Virus record (IMG/VR): IMGVR_UViG_2602041658_000005
Span: 1 to 64,000 of that record
Source: a virus
Lineage: Duplodnaviria > Caudoviricetes
Reading direction: 5' to 3' (one strand)
DNA length: 64,000 nucleotides
Position numbers and translations under genes: made by a program. The notes beneath the pieces are model-generated. The model made no database searches. It was not told the DNA's origin and saw only the letters and a list, made by a program, of their open reading frames with translations. Of this stretch, positions 27,697-37,690 are shown in pieces (the stretch's first letter is position 1; each line of letters opens with the position of its first letter).

Positions 27697-27728
27697 AAAC
27701 CGCCCATACGTTTATTGCATGGGCGGCT
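27697..27728. terminator. Terminator between convergent units
   Basis: CCGCCCATAC...GCATGGGCGG hairpin with A-run upstream. Confidence 0.55.
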
Positions 27729-27808
27729 GTGCTTATTACTGCTGCGACAGATTCGTAAAAACAAAAGTCAAAATGTATGCTACTAAATTGACAGCTAATT
27801 ATTTACTG

Positions 27809-28129
27809 CTATTCTCTATTATTTTCTTTTTTATGCTTATATATATAGATGCCCAAAGAACCAACTGCAATTAAAGTAAATATCCCGGAAATAGCCCAAT
27901 TGCAAATATTGTACAAGGTTTCCTTATGGTTTAACTCATTCATATCCAATATATAATTTATAGTGTCATATTCTGTAGCTTGATGTAAAGAAACATCTGC
28001 ATCATATTCAATAGACGAACGGATTCGCTCTGAACGCAAATTTTTGGAAGCGACCCTGAAAGCAAAAAAGCTAAATATTGCAAGTATCACGCTTGCAATA
28101 AAAGAGATAAGATATGCCTTAGTATTCAT
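27809..28129 (-). CDS. Two-TM membrane protein
   Basis: Hydrophobic N- and C-terminal segments. Confidence 0.65.
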   Translation of the reverse strand: MNTKAYLISFIASVILAIFSFFAFRVASKNLRSERIRSSIEYDADVSLHQATEYDTINYILDMNELNHKETLYNICNWAISGIFTLIAVGSLGIYIYKHKKENNRE

Positions 28130-28169
28130 ATTGTATAATGATTTTTTGATTAGTACACGAACAAGAAAA

Positions 28170-28883
28170 TTATTTTATTTCTTTTTTTATTATGTCAAGG
28201 ATAGTCTTGTTACATTCAACAAGTTTTTTTGCGTTTTTTATTCTTGCTATATATTCTTCAGAAATCTCGGAGAAATTTATAAAATCATCAATACTAAGAA
28301 TTTCGTCTGTCTGTACTCCTTCTTTTCTAATTTCTATTTTATTAAGCAAAGTGTCAGAAACCGCATAATATGTCTTTAGATGCTTCTCCCCTTTTTCGGT
28401 TACCCTTGCTGTTATTTTATATTGTAAAAACGTCTTACCTTTTAACGTCATAAATTTATTATACCTACTACGTAAAGTTTCCCCAAACCCATTTAAAATT
28501 GCAGAAATGTCATCAGAGCCTAAAGACATTGCTTCGTTTAATAAATCTAAATGCTTATACATAGCTTCTTTGAAAATAGGGTTTCTATGAGTTAGACCAT
28601 GTAATTTTGGATTTTTTAATGCTTTGCTAATTTGGTCAGATTGCTTGCGATTGATTTTATTTATTGAATCATAAGTTTGCTTTAGTTCCTTTAAGAGGGA
28701 TTGAGCTTCTTTTATGGTTATTGTATCACATGAATCAACAGAGACTATTTCGTCCAAGTTCTTCGGATCATCAAAATGGGTGCTTACATAGTCTTTGAAA
28801 GCGGTTTTGACTTTTCTTTTGTTCTGGTCAACGCATGAAATCAGACACATTAAAGCACATAATATAAAAATAATATTTCTCAT
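28170..28883 (-). CDS. Putative lipoprotein
   Basis: Signal peptide with lipobox LISC. Confidence 0.7.
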   Translation of the reverse strand: MRNIIFILCALMCLISCVDQNKRKVKTAFKDYVSTHFDDPKNLDEIVSVDSCDTITIKEAQSLLKELKQTYDSINKINRKQSDQISKALKNPKLHGLTHRNPIFKEAMYKHLDLLNEAMSLGSDDISAILNGFGETLRSRYNKFMTLKGKTFLQYKITARVTEKGEKHLKTYYAVSDTLLNKIEIRKEGVQTDEILSIDDFINFSEISEEYIARIKNAKKLVECNKTILDIIKKEIK

Positions 28884-28970
28884 AATTTATAAATTAAAAA
28901 GTTATACATATACCCACGCAATCGGATGGGACTGCGTGTGGTTGTTTCTGTTTCATTTTCGTATACATCT

Positions 28971-29426
28971 CTAAGGATTGATTTCTTTATGAAATCCGGA
29001 ACCGAATCGTGTGAAAGCAATACGACTGTCAGCTTCAAATTTTTCCATTTTTGTTCTCGACATTTTTACTCCATATTTTTGATTGATTGCGCTCGTATTT
29101 GCAAGCCCTTTGTCAAACAAAGGAATCTCGTCAAGATAATATGCTACAAATCTATTTTTTCCTTTGTCAGACGAACCTATAATTTCCATTCTTCTGTCAA
29201 GTCCATTTGCATAAACAGTGCAAAGTAATACGCAATATGTAGTTGAATCAGTGTACTCTTGTTCTATCTCGTATACTTTTACTTCTTTTCCATATTCACT
29301 TTGCAATGATTTCTCTATTTTTTTAGCATAGTCAAATGATGCTTCAATTATAGACCTCTTTTGGCACGCACTGAACGCCGCCATTGCTACAACGGCAACG
29401 AACATAATAGATAAAAGTCTTTTCAT
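28971..29426 (-). CDS. Putative lipoprotein
   Basis: Signal peptide with FSAC lipobox; TATTTTTG promoter upstream (~29478-29485, minus). Confidence 0.7.
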   Translation of the reverse strand: MKRLLSIMFVAVVAMAAFSACQKRSIIEASFDYAKKIEKSLQSEYGKEVKVYEIEQEYTDSTTYCVLLCTVYANGLDRRMEIIGSSDKGKNRFVAYYLDEIPLFDKGLANTSAINQKYGVKMSRTKMEKFEADSRIAFTRFGSGFHKEINP

Positions 29427-29829
29427 TTTTATAATTTTAGAATTAAAAGAATTATTTATATATTTGTTGTTTGATTTGCAAAAATAAACAAAATATTAAA
29501 ATAAAGAAGGGTCGTACTATAAAAGTTTTGTTATAATTAGTTAAAACAATTCTACTTAATAGAAATGTGATGTATATTGCGTTCTTTTATTTAAACTTGC
29601 TATCCGTGTAGAGTTATTAAGAAAAAAAAGCAAACAAGCAAATAAAAATTTAGCTATATTTATTTTATTGCTTCGTACTTTTAACTGCTTCGTACTTTGG
29701 ATAATAGGGCGCAAATAAAAAGAAAAAGGCTGCCACGAATCACTTCGTAGTAGCCCGTAATAATAATAATTTAAAATTTTAATTATGAAAAATTTAATAC
29801 TTAAACAGCAAGTCGCTTCTTGCTAAAAT

Positions 29830-30654
29830 TTATATATTTTCTTTATCAAAGTAAGTGTTTAGAATATCACCAATCATTTTACTTGCCTCTTCCATTTTTA
29901 AACCATCTTCCATATAAAGGATTTGTTTTGCTAAATCTTCTATTTCGTTAATCTCATCGAAATTATCTTTAAAAGAAGGTAACGCTTCTATCTTCATGAT
30001 TAATGCGCTGATTTGGGTAGTAACGAATATAAATTTTACGCGATATTCGTAAATATCAGCTAAATCTACGGCATACTGCATAGATGCATCATCTGAAGAC
30101 AATTCTATCGTACTTCCATTCTGGCTTATTTTAAAAGGTTTTATACCATATTTTTTTTCATATTCTAAAGCTGAATTTGTCGAAGCGAAATCTATTAATA
30201 GTTGGAAAAATATTCGTATATCGAACGCATCAAGAGTGTTTTTTAAAACTTCATCTGTATCGTCCGGACAAAGACAATGACGCATAGTATATGGTTCAAG
30301 AACACTATTTGGTATATTCTCTAAAACAAGGCTACCACCAGCATCTTTGTCGGTAGGTAAGATGTGTCCTTTCTTTATTCTTTCTAACCTTTCATTTTCT
30401 GCAAAAGTACGCCATGTCGAAGGGTAATACTCTGATGCATAAAAGAGGATATTTCTCAAAAAAGGTAAAATAGCGGATACATATTCATGAAACAACAAAG
30501 AATTTACATACATCTTGTTTTTCTTGTCATCTTTCGTTTCGATAAAAGACTTTGGCTTTGAATACGCGTACATAGGGAAAGCCAATTTAACACCTTTGTT
30601 AAAAAACTCGCATAGCTCTTCATCGCCTTTTAATAAATGAAAATTTTTATCCAT
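29830..30654 (-). CDS. Hypothetical protein
   Basis: ~274-aa ORF. Confidence 0.7.
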   Translation of the reverse strand: MDKNFHLLKGDEELCEFFNKGVKLAFPMYAYSKPKSFIETKDDKKNKMYVNSLLFHEYVSAILPFLRNILFYASEYYPSTWRTFAENERLERIKKGHILPTDKDAGGSLVLENIPNSVLEPYTMRHCLCPDDTDEVLKNTLDAFDIRIFFQLLIDFASTNSALEYEKKYGIKPFKISQNGSTIELSSDDASMQYAVDLADIYEYRVKFIFVTTQISALIMKIEALPSFKDNFDEINEIEDLAKQILYMEDGLKMEEASKMIGDILNTYFDKENI

Positions 30655-30762
30655 GTTATAATTTGTTTTTTTTAATCTTAATATATACGCTTTTAGACGC
30701 ATTTAAATATTTTTTTTCGTACTCTTTCGTACTCTTCCGAACTAAGGGCAAACGTTTTGAAT

Positions 30763-31338
30763 TTATTCTATAGGAACGGTAGTCCTATATAATAGCTCTT
30801 CGCCCACAGGCTTATTTTGAAATATATCCATAGTTTTCCCTTTAAATTTAGGGTCGGTAAGTATATAATCTATTCCCGAAAGTAGAGAATGTTCATCAAA
30901 CACTGCGTGTTCATGATCATCTTTTTCAGAAATCATTAAAATGTCATGTAAGGCTCTAATATGAAAACGACTATACCCTTGCACCATATCATAAAAAGCG
31001 CAAGTAATATCAATATATTCCTTGCACTCTGTGTAAAAACCTAACGGACTCCACGATGTAATAAAATCGCATTCTGCCCAATCCGAAAATACAGCGAAAG
31101 GGTAATCTATATCATCACCGGGCTGGAAGGTCAATACCGTATGTGTAGGGTGTTCGCTTCTTAATTTTACCGTACAATACCAACAATCGCGATCAATTTC
31201 ATTACCTTTAAAATTGGTAAAACAATCGAAACCTTGTAAATGGAACCACGGTTCGTACATATCGTACAATTCAAAACATTGCTTTTCAAAATCTCTAAAT
31301 GTTTTGATTTTTTCTTTTGGAGGAATATAATAATCCAT
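30763..31338 (-). CDS. Hypothetical acidic protein
   Basis: ~191-aa ORF. Confidence 0.7.
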   Translation of the reverse strand: MDYYIPPKEKIKTFRDFEKQCFELYDMYEPWFHLQGFDCFTNFKGNEIDRDCWYCTVKLRSEHPTHTVLTFQPGDDIDYPFAVFSDWAECDFITSWSPLGFYTECKEYIDITCAFYDMVQGYSRFHIRALHDILMISEKDDHEHAVFDEHSLLSGIDYILTDPKFKGKTMDIFQNKPVGEELLYRTTVPIE

Positions 31339-31705
31339 GTGCAATAAATTTAAAATATTGATTTGTTTTAGAATAATAGGCAAGTGCAAATTTACCTATT
31401 ATATCCCACTTTTGTGGAGAGAGGAGTCTTTTTAATACTTGTAAATACTATTTAAAAGTGTGAAAAGATTTTCGTACATCTTACTATTTTACCTTTTATG
31501 TATCTTTCTTTTGAATAAAAAAACAATACAAATAGCAGTCTTATAGCATAAAGCCATCTTTTTGCTGTTTCTTTTTTTGTTCTGACGGCTTTTTATGTTT
31601 CTTTCGACTAATTGTCTATCAAAAAGATTTTGAAGCGTCATACGAAGAAAACGCGCGCTTGTGTATTTTCTGAAAAAACAAAGACATCGTACTTTTAGCT
31701 AATTA

Positions 31706-31972
31706 CTATCTGTTGTAAATTATAGATAGTTTATAGTTTTCAACGTTTTTCATTGATTTACGTTGAACGCTATTTGAACAACCTATTGCTGAGTAATTTC
31801 TTTCCTCAAGGCTTAATAAAGCGTTCGCGAAGTCCATTATAGAAACATCTTCACCATAACTATCAAGTCCTTTGTATTCAGATTCACAAAAGTTATCAAC
31901 GTACTTATTCATTCTCTTAAACGAATTTTTTAGAAGTTCTTTTACTTCTTTTCTGAATTGTTCCTTTTTCAT
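31706..31972 (-). CDS. Hypothetical early protein
   Basis: MKKEQF... start after hairpin and AT-rich leader. Confidence 0.65.
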   Translation of the reverse strand: MKKEQFRKEVKELLKNSFKRMNKYVDNFCESEYKGLDSYGEDVSIMDFANALLSLEERNYSAIGCSNSVQRKSMKNVENYKLSIIYNR

Positions 31973-32049
31973 AACTATATATATATTTAAATTAAACATC
32001 GTACTTGCCACAACGATTAAGATGTAGCAAGCTGTAATAATTCAAATGG

Positions 32050-32265
32050 TTATAAGGTCAGTTCTTTTTGAATAGCACCGATAAATATATACTCTGCTTG
32101 AGATTTCGTGTGTGCATACTCGCAGGTCTCCGCAATTTTGTCGCCAAACATATTGAGGATAACCGTTTCTATTTTGTAGCGGTTGCCTGACCTTTTGTAC
32201 AGATAAATTTTTGCCGTTGCCCCATCTTTACGGTCATGCTCGAAAAATGATGTGAAAATCCTCAT
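32050..32265 (-). CDS. Hypothetical early protein
   Basis: 71 aa, hairpin-led. Confidence 0.6.
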   Translation of the reverse strand: MRIFTSFFEHDRKDGATAKIYLYKRSGNRYKIETVILNMFGDKIAETCEYAHTKSQAEYIFIGAIQKELTL

Positions 32266-32357
32266 AATTTAATTTAATAGTTTAATTGTTAATAATATCG
32301 TACTTTGCGTAAATATTAATTCACGCAAAGTTGTAAGACTTAAATTATTTTTTATTT

Positions 32358-32612
32358 TCACTTCCGTGAAAAAATATCATAAGTGATAGCAAAAGCAGCC
32401 AGTTCCCTATCGCTTGTAAAAACATCTTCTTTAAATTTGTAAAGCTGTTTTAGCAAAGGTTTTAATAATTCGTCTTTTATCAAACTTTCACCTTTGAGGA
32501 TCAGCTCCTCTGGCGTGCTAAAATAATCGTACAGCATTGCATGTACACCATCTAAAACTTTACTAAAAAGAGCAATATCAAAATTTTCCTTTTCAAAAAA
32601 TAATTTTTCCAT
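32358..32612 (-). CDS. Hypothetical early protein
   Basis: 84-aa ORF. Confidence 0.6.
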   Translation of the reverse strand: MEKLFFEKENFDIALFSKVLDGVHAMLYDYFSTPEELILKGESLIKDELLKPLLKQLYKFKEDVFTSDRELAAFAITYDIFSRK

Positions 32613-32628
32613 AATCTTCTTTTTTTTA

Positions 32629-32844
32629 TTAATAGATATATAGCGAACCTTTTTGCTTGCAAAGTTTTTTCAAACTTTCTAAATCTTTTCTCTTTGGATA
32701 TTCCTCGTGATACGTGGCATCTATCAACGGCATGTCGTTTGTTGTTGTACTCCATTGCTTACCAGTAGTCGGGCTTGTATAAGTTACTTTGTAATGTCCA
32801 TAACCAGCGAACTCAAATCTGAAATCTGTTAATTCTGTTTTCAT
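32629..32844 (-). CDS. Hypothetical early protein
   Basis: DFRFEFAGYGHYKVTYTSPTTGKQW. Confidence 0.7.
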   Translation of the reverse strand: MKTELTDFRFEFAGYGHYKVTYTSPTTGKQWSTTTNDMPLIDATYHEEYPKRKDLESLKKLCKQKGSLYIY

Positions 32845-32930
32845 AATCGTATAATTTTTAGTGAATAATAATTTTATCGTACTTTGCGTAAACGCCAATT
32901 CACGCAAAGTTTTTATTTAATTCGTGAAGA

Positions 32931-33191
32931 TTAAGAAACCTCTTCTATAAATTGTTCTATTGTTTTGCACCATACGGCATCCCTTTGCGCAGTGTTTGCT
33001 GTATCGCAGTACACTAACACGCACATCTTACCGTTCAAGCTATAAGAAACGTCTATAATTTTTCTTTGCGTGGGGTGCATGAATTTTTGAATGTGATAAT
33101 ACTTGTTCTTCACTTCTTCTATCATTACGGGATTTAAGCCGCAAGCACTATAAAGATTATTTAGTGCTTTTTTAAAAGTCTCTTTTTTCAT
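32931..33191 (-). CDS. Hypothetical early protein
   Basis: Hairpin-led ORF. Confidence 0.6.
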   Translation of the reverse strand: MKKETFKKALNNLYSACGLNPVMIEEVKNKYYHIQKFMHPTQRKIIDVSYSLNGKMCVLVYCDTANTAQRDAVWCKTIEQFIEEVS

Positions 33192-33263
33192 AATCTTAAA
33201 ATTTTTATAATTAATAAATATTGTACTTTGCACGAAAATTACTTCGTACAAAGCTCTAAGGAG

Positions 33264-34259
33264 TTAATCCTTTTTCACATAAGCCCAGCTTGTGATTATA
33301 GGCTTGCACCAATAGCTATCAAAATCTTTATCAATAGGTTTTTCTTTGATTTTTCCAAAATACTTTTTGCAGGTCATTTCGACCCATAAATATTTTTTCT
33401 CGAACCTATGGTAATACAAGCGACAAAGATTATCACCAGCTTGTGGTTGGTAATTTTCATATTTAGAATAACCATCAGGAGCAGGGTTTTCAGAAATAAA
33501 TTTATTTATCATTTCCTCTTTTTTCTTTTGTTCCTCTGCTTCTTTCTTTTTTCGTTCTTCATACTCTTTTTCCCACTTTGCATTAAGCTCTTCATACTTA
33601 CGTTTTTCTTCCGCTTTAATTTCTTCGTACTTTTTATGACCTTCTTCTAAAGTCATACCAGAAAGATTTTCAAAAAGTTCTGAAAAATTCTTTTCATAAA
33701 AGCAACAAATATTTGCATCGAGGCACATATAGCTATAAAATAGTCCTTGAGCAATGTAGCAAGAAACATTACCAACAAATAGACTTCTATCTATCTTTTT
33801 GGCTTCTTCTTCGTACTTATGCACAATCTCAAGGACTTTATCACGGTTGGTTTTCCAATCATTCGGTAAAACTTGCGTTTTGCGAATGTAAAAATCTGTG
33901 GAATTTTTTACAATTCTCCAATCTGTGATGGTCGAAAGCAAATTAAATAATTTTGCTTTTTTGTCGTGGTCAATAGCATTATATCGTACTCCTACAGATT
34001 TATTTTTGTTCTGTATAAGATTAACATAACCGCCAATACAATTTGTAGAAAGCTCTGGAAAAATACCATGTATCGTTATCTGTGTTTTATATTTAAACAC
34101 ATCAAACTTTTTATTCATCATTTCCTCAAGTTGTTCAATACTGCAACCGTTTTCAATACTTGTAAGATATTCTTGTGGAACTTTTTTGTTACAAGTATTG
34201 AGCTTGTGTTTCTTATCGTACTCGGTTTCAATACTGAAAAATTTTTCTAACTGTTTCAT
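33264..34259 (-). CDS. Hypothetical early protein with coiled-coil
   Basis: ~331 aa with E/K-rich segment. Confidence 0.7.
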   Translation of the reverse strand: MKQLEKFFSIETEYDKKHKLNTCNKKVPQEYLTSIENGCSIEQLEEMMNKKFDVFKYKTQITIHGIFPELSTNCIGGYVNLIQNKNKSVGVRYNAIDHDKKAKLFNLLSTITDWRIVKNSTDFYIRKTQVLPNDWKTNRDKVLEIVHKYEEEAKKIDRSLFVGNVSCYIAQGLFYSYMCLDANICCFYEKNFSELFENLSGMTLEEGHKKYEEIKAEEKRKYEELNAKWEKEYEERKKKEAEEQKKKEEMINKFISENPAPDGYSKYENYQPQAGDNLCRLYYHRFEKKYLWVEMTCKKYFGKIKEKPIDKDFDSYWCKPIITSWAYVKKD

Positions 34260-34336
34260 AATTGCAAAAATTTTAGTTATTAATAAATATCGTACCTGCA
34301 AGATTGGCTAAAATCTTGCAAGTAAATTTTCGTGTA

Positions 34337-35269
34337 TTACTCGTCAGCCCAGTATGTCCACGTTTGCAATTTTTTTGTACCATATCTTTTTAAGTACGAC
34401 TTGAGACGTTTTTCAAACTTTTCGTACTCTTGCTTTTGAGCTGCATAGCACTTTTGCAAATCCTCATCGGTTGCTTTTGTCAAACCGTCAAACCTCCAAG
34501 CCTTATCCTTTGCATCGTACTCGTTAAGAAAAACTATTGAATAAAGATTTGAATCGCTGTATTTCCTTGCAAAGTATAAATTCTTCGTACTTTCATAGGA
34601 GTCCTTTTTATTGCCTTCGAAAAGGTTTAATGCGTCCTGCATATCTGCAAGATTATTTGCAAGAAATTGTTTCTCGCCAAAATTTTCGCACGCATCATTT
34701 GCCGCATCGTAACTTTCTGTATCTGTCATACTATCGTGATAACCGAAACAGAAATTTGTTTCAATTTTCGGTTTTTCAAAAATAACAAGACCGCCGAAAG
34801 ATGTACGCACACAGTTACTAACCTCCTTCAGGCAATAGCTCCGCATATGCTCACTAACCCAAATTTTGGAAAATTCTTCTTTTAGTAAAAATTCGTGTGG
34901 CAAAGAATTTTTCTTAAATTTAATCGTACTAAATTCTTTAATTGACTGCAAATCTTGTTCGTACCCGTTCGCTTCGCACCATTCAGCAAATGCTTCCTGA
35001 CGGTTGGCATCGTACTTTTTCAGAACTGCCAAAACTTTCCAAATTTCATCACTAATAAAACTTTCCCCAATCATAGAATCAGAAACGTTTTCATAATCTT
35101 GAAACATAAATTCTGGGTCGCTTTCATCTTTGTGCAATCTTTTACACGTTTGCAAAAATTCGTTTTTGCTTTCGTACTTTGAAAGTTGTAACCATTTACC
35201 AGCAATTGAGCCGCTTGCATACTTTCCATAAGTGCCAACGTAAGCACTTGCTTGCATTAAATTTTTCAT
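34337..35269 (-). CDS. ardA: ArdA-like antirestriction domain fused to an unrelated C-terminal domain
   Basis: AYVGTYGKYASGSIAGKWLQLS...LHKDESDPEFMFQDYE is ArdA-like; C-terminal half is not. Confidence 0.75.
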   Translation of the reverse strand: MKNLMQASAYVGTYGKYASGSIAGKWLQLSKYESKNEFLQTCKRLHKDESDPEFMFQDYENVSDSMIGESFISDEIWKVLAVLKKYDANRQEAFAEWCEANGYEQDLQSIKEFSTIKFKKNSLPHEFLLKEEFSKIWVSEHMRSYCLKEVSNCVRTSFGGLVIFEKPKIETNFCFGYHDSMTDTESYDAANDACENFGEKQFLANNLADMQDALNLFEGNKKDSYESTKNLYFARKYSDSNLYSIVFLNEYDAKDKAWRFDGLTKATDEDLQKCYAAQKQEYEKFEKRLKSYLKRYGTKKLQTWTYWADE

Positions 35270-35354
35270 AATCTGAATTTTTAAATTGTTAATACTAAAA
35301 ATAGAACCCCAACTAAATTTTACTTTAGTTAGGGCCTCGTACTTTGTCTTTTCT

Positions 35355-35627
35355 TTATAGCATTTTTGCTATTTCTGATTCTTTTAAGGCTTTTACAAAT
35401 ATTGTTTTAAAATGAGTATCATTGCAGTCATATTTATCATACCATTCGCAAATTGTACGAAGTGGAAAAACTTGCCTTGCTACATCAAAAGCTATTCTTA
35501 CTTCTATGTTTTTATATGCTCTTTCTTTTTTCACAGTGCTTATATGCTGCATAAGCTGCTCCGGATTCTCTAATTTTAGTTGTTTGAAACTTTTTAAAAC
35601 CTCTGGATAAATTTCTTTTAATTTCAT
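35355..35627 (-). CDS. Hypothetical early protein
   Basis: 90 aa, CNDTHFKT. Confidence 0.6.
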   Translation of the reverse strand: MKLKEIYPEVLKSFKQLKLENPEQLMQHISTVKKERAYKNIEVRIAFDVARQVFPLRTICEWYDKYDCNDTHFKTIFVKALKESEIAKML

Positions 35628-35697
35628 GATTTTATAATTTTTAGAATGTTAATAATAAAAAGTAAGTACGAAGATTTTTACATCTTCGTACTTTGTT

Positions 35698-35895
35698 TTA
35701 TTTGTCCTCTAACATAAGAGAGAGCCGCTTATTTATTATTAAAAATCGTTTCCAAAAACGGCTGGGACTAATTTTTAAAATAACTATTAAATACATCGTA
35801 CTTAAAAGTATTAGTACTAAATTGTTAGAAATAATTCCTATAAAAAAAGGTAGGAGTAAAAACATTCCTACCAAAAAAGTTTTAAAATCTTTCAT
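35698..35895 (-). CDS. Small membrane protein
   Basis: Two hydrophobic segments. Confidence 0.55.
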   Translation of the reverse strand: MKDFKTFLVGMFLLLPFFIGIISNNLVLILLSTMYLIVILKISPSRFWKRFLIINKRLSLMLEDK

Positions 35896-35914
35896 AACTC
35901 AAACGATTTAATGT

Positions 35915-36088
35915 TTATAGCTTTGTTTCATCCCAATATTCATTATTTACACATCCGTATATAGAATAACATATAGAATAAGTACCTATTTGATCCAATT
36001 CTTCCTTCGCTTCCTCAAGCGTTGAGCAATTAGCAACAATGACTTCGCAACCGTCATCAACAACAACATAAGAATCATACTTTTTCAT
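35915..36088 (-). CDS. Small acidic early protein
   Basis: Hairpin-led; STLEEAKE. Confidence 0.55.
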   Translation of the reverse strand: MKKYDSYVVVDDGCEVIVANCSTLEEAKEELDQIGTYSICYSIYGCVNNEYWDETKL

Positions 36089-36167
36089 ATTTTCTAAAAT
36101 TTTTAAATTAAACATTCGTACTTGCAAGATTGGTTAGAATCTTGCAAGCTAATTTTACAATACCTTA

Positions 36168-36386
36168 TTAATAACGGCGCCCATAACTATCTATATTTCC
36201 GTTATTATAAGTTTTTAAGACATTTTCCTCCTCGTCCTCATAATGATAGTTACAATTTTGCAACTTGTGGCGTAACTTTGCCTCCTTTGCACTATCATAA
36301 ACACGTCTTACATCATACTTCCTCCAAATTGCTTTTGTAAATCGTGGAGCTACATTTTTTAATTCTGTTTCGATATAAATTTTCAT
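36168..36386 (-). CDS. Hypothetical early protein
   Basis: 72 aa, hairpin-led. Confidence 0.6.
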   Translation of the reverse strand: MKIYIETELKNVAPRFTKAIWRKYDVRRVYDSAKEAKLRHKLQNCNYHYEDEEENVLKTYNNGNIDSYGRRY

Positions 36387-36483
36387 AACCTTTTATTTTT
36401 ATAAATTGTTAATATTATTGATAAACAAGCACCGCCTTTAAAATCTTTCATTTAAAAGCGGCTTAAAAATCTTACTAAAATAA

Positions 36484-36648
36484 TTATATAGTATAGTTAT
36501 AACCAGCACCTTCACAGTGCCAGCACCCATTTTCTAACTTTGTTATCTTTTTATACAAAGTTGAAAGTTTCACTTTCTTGACTTCCATTGAATTATATAA
36601 AGGCAATAATTCTAAAGCGGCTTGCTTTCTTGTTTTTAACTTGTTCAT
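36484..36648 (-). CDS. 54-aa early protein (MNKLKTRKQAA...)
   Basis: Hairpin-led; below ORF-track cutoff. Confidence 0.55.
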   Translation of the reverse strand: MNKLKTRKQAALELLPLYNSMEVKKVKLSTLYKKITKLENGCWHCEGAGYNYTI

Positions 36649-36755
36649 AATTGATTAATTTTTAATTTGATTTTGTTTTTATTCTTTATAAAAAGCACCG
36701 CGCAAAATTTTCACATTTTGCACGGCGTTAATATTTAGGACTTAAAAGCTAACTT

Positions 36756-37106
36756 TTAGATAAATTTTACTTGTCCGTTTATTTCTAAAGTTATTGCCTC
36801 CTGTAACATTTCCTTTTTAAGATTTTCGCAAATTTCTAAAATAGTATCTATATTTTCTTTTAATTGCTCGGAGGTACAATAACTATATACTATTTTAATT
36901 TTCTCAATAACAGTTTGTCCATCATTTGCAACCCAGCCTCCTACAGCATCAGATGCTGTAGCACCGCCAAAAAGAAGGGATAACTTCTTTATAATTTGCA
37001 AAACTTGTTGTTCGTTATTTACTTCTTTGTCAACGTCGACCGTTGATGGCACATAAATTGCTACTTTACAATCTAAATCAAACTTAAACTTTAATTCTTT
37101 TTTCAT
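36756..37106 (-). CDS. Hypothetical protein (DUF3574-like)
   Basis: IYVPST...FGGATASDAVGGW...QEAI. Confidence 0.6.
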   Translation of the reverse strand: MKKELKFKFDLDCKVAIYVPSTVDVDKEVNNEQQVLQIIKKLSLLFGGATASDAVGGWVANDGQTVIEKIKIVYSYCTSEQLKENIDTILEICENLKKEMLQEAITLEINGQVKFI

Positions 37107-37207
37107 TTTCGTAAAATTCTAAAAATTAATAAATAAAAAGTGCCAGCTTTAAAATGTTTCATTTAAAACTGGCTTAAACAAAAAGCACCACGAAGTATAT
37201 TTTGTTT

Positions 37208-37690
37208 TTATTTCTTTATATAGCTATAATAAAAGTTAGTAGCATCTTTATAATCGAAATTATATAATAACATTGTTTCCTTTTTTATTCTCAAATCTTT
37301 CATATCATTTTTTAGCTTTTTATAGAAATGATCCAAATAATGAAAAAACAGTTCAGAGCCTTTGTCTTTAATTTCTTTTAATTCTAAAAGATCCAGTCGT
37401 GCCAATATGCATGTCCTTTGCACGGGGTGCATATTGTGAAAATAAGCTAAAGCAGCAGCCGTTCCAGCGTTACTTAATTTGTTTAATTCTTTATTAGCAT
37501 AAATAGAATCAGCACCGCCGCCGTTGTCGCTATCATTATCATTATTGATATTATCAATATAACGATCCTCCTTCATCTTTATAAAGGATTTAAGCCCATG
37601 TACCGGCACCCGCTGCAGTGCAGCCTCCAGCTCCCACTTGTTGTAATAAGTGGCTGGTATTGTTATTTCTTTGTTGTTGTTGTTATTCAT
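37208..37690 (-). CDS. Hypothetical early protein
   Basis: 160-aa ORF. Confidence 0.6.
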   Translation of the reverse strand: MNNNNNKEITIPATYYNKWELEAALQRVPVHGLKSFIKMKEDRYIDNINNDNDSDNGGGADSIYANKELNKLSNAGTAAALAYFHNMHPVQRTCILARLDLLELKEIKDKGSELFFHYLDHFYKKLKNDMKDLRIKKETMLLYNFDYKDATNFYYSYIKK

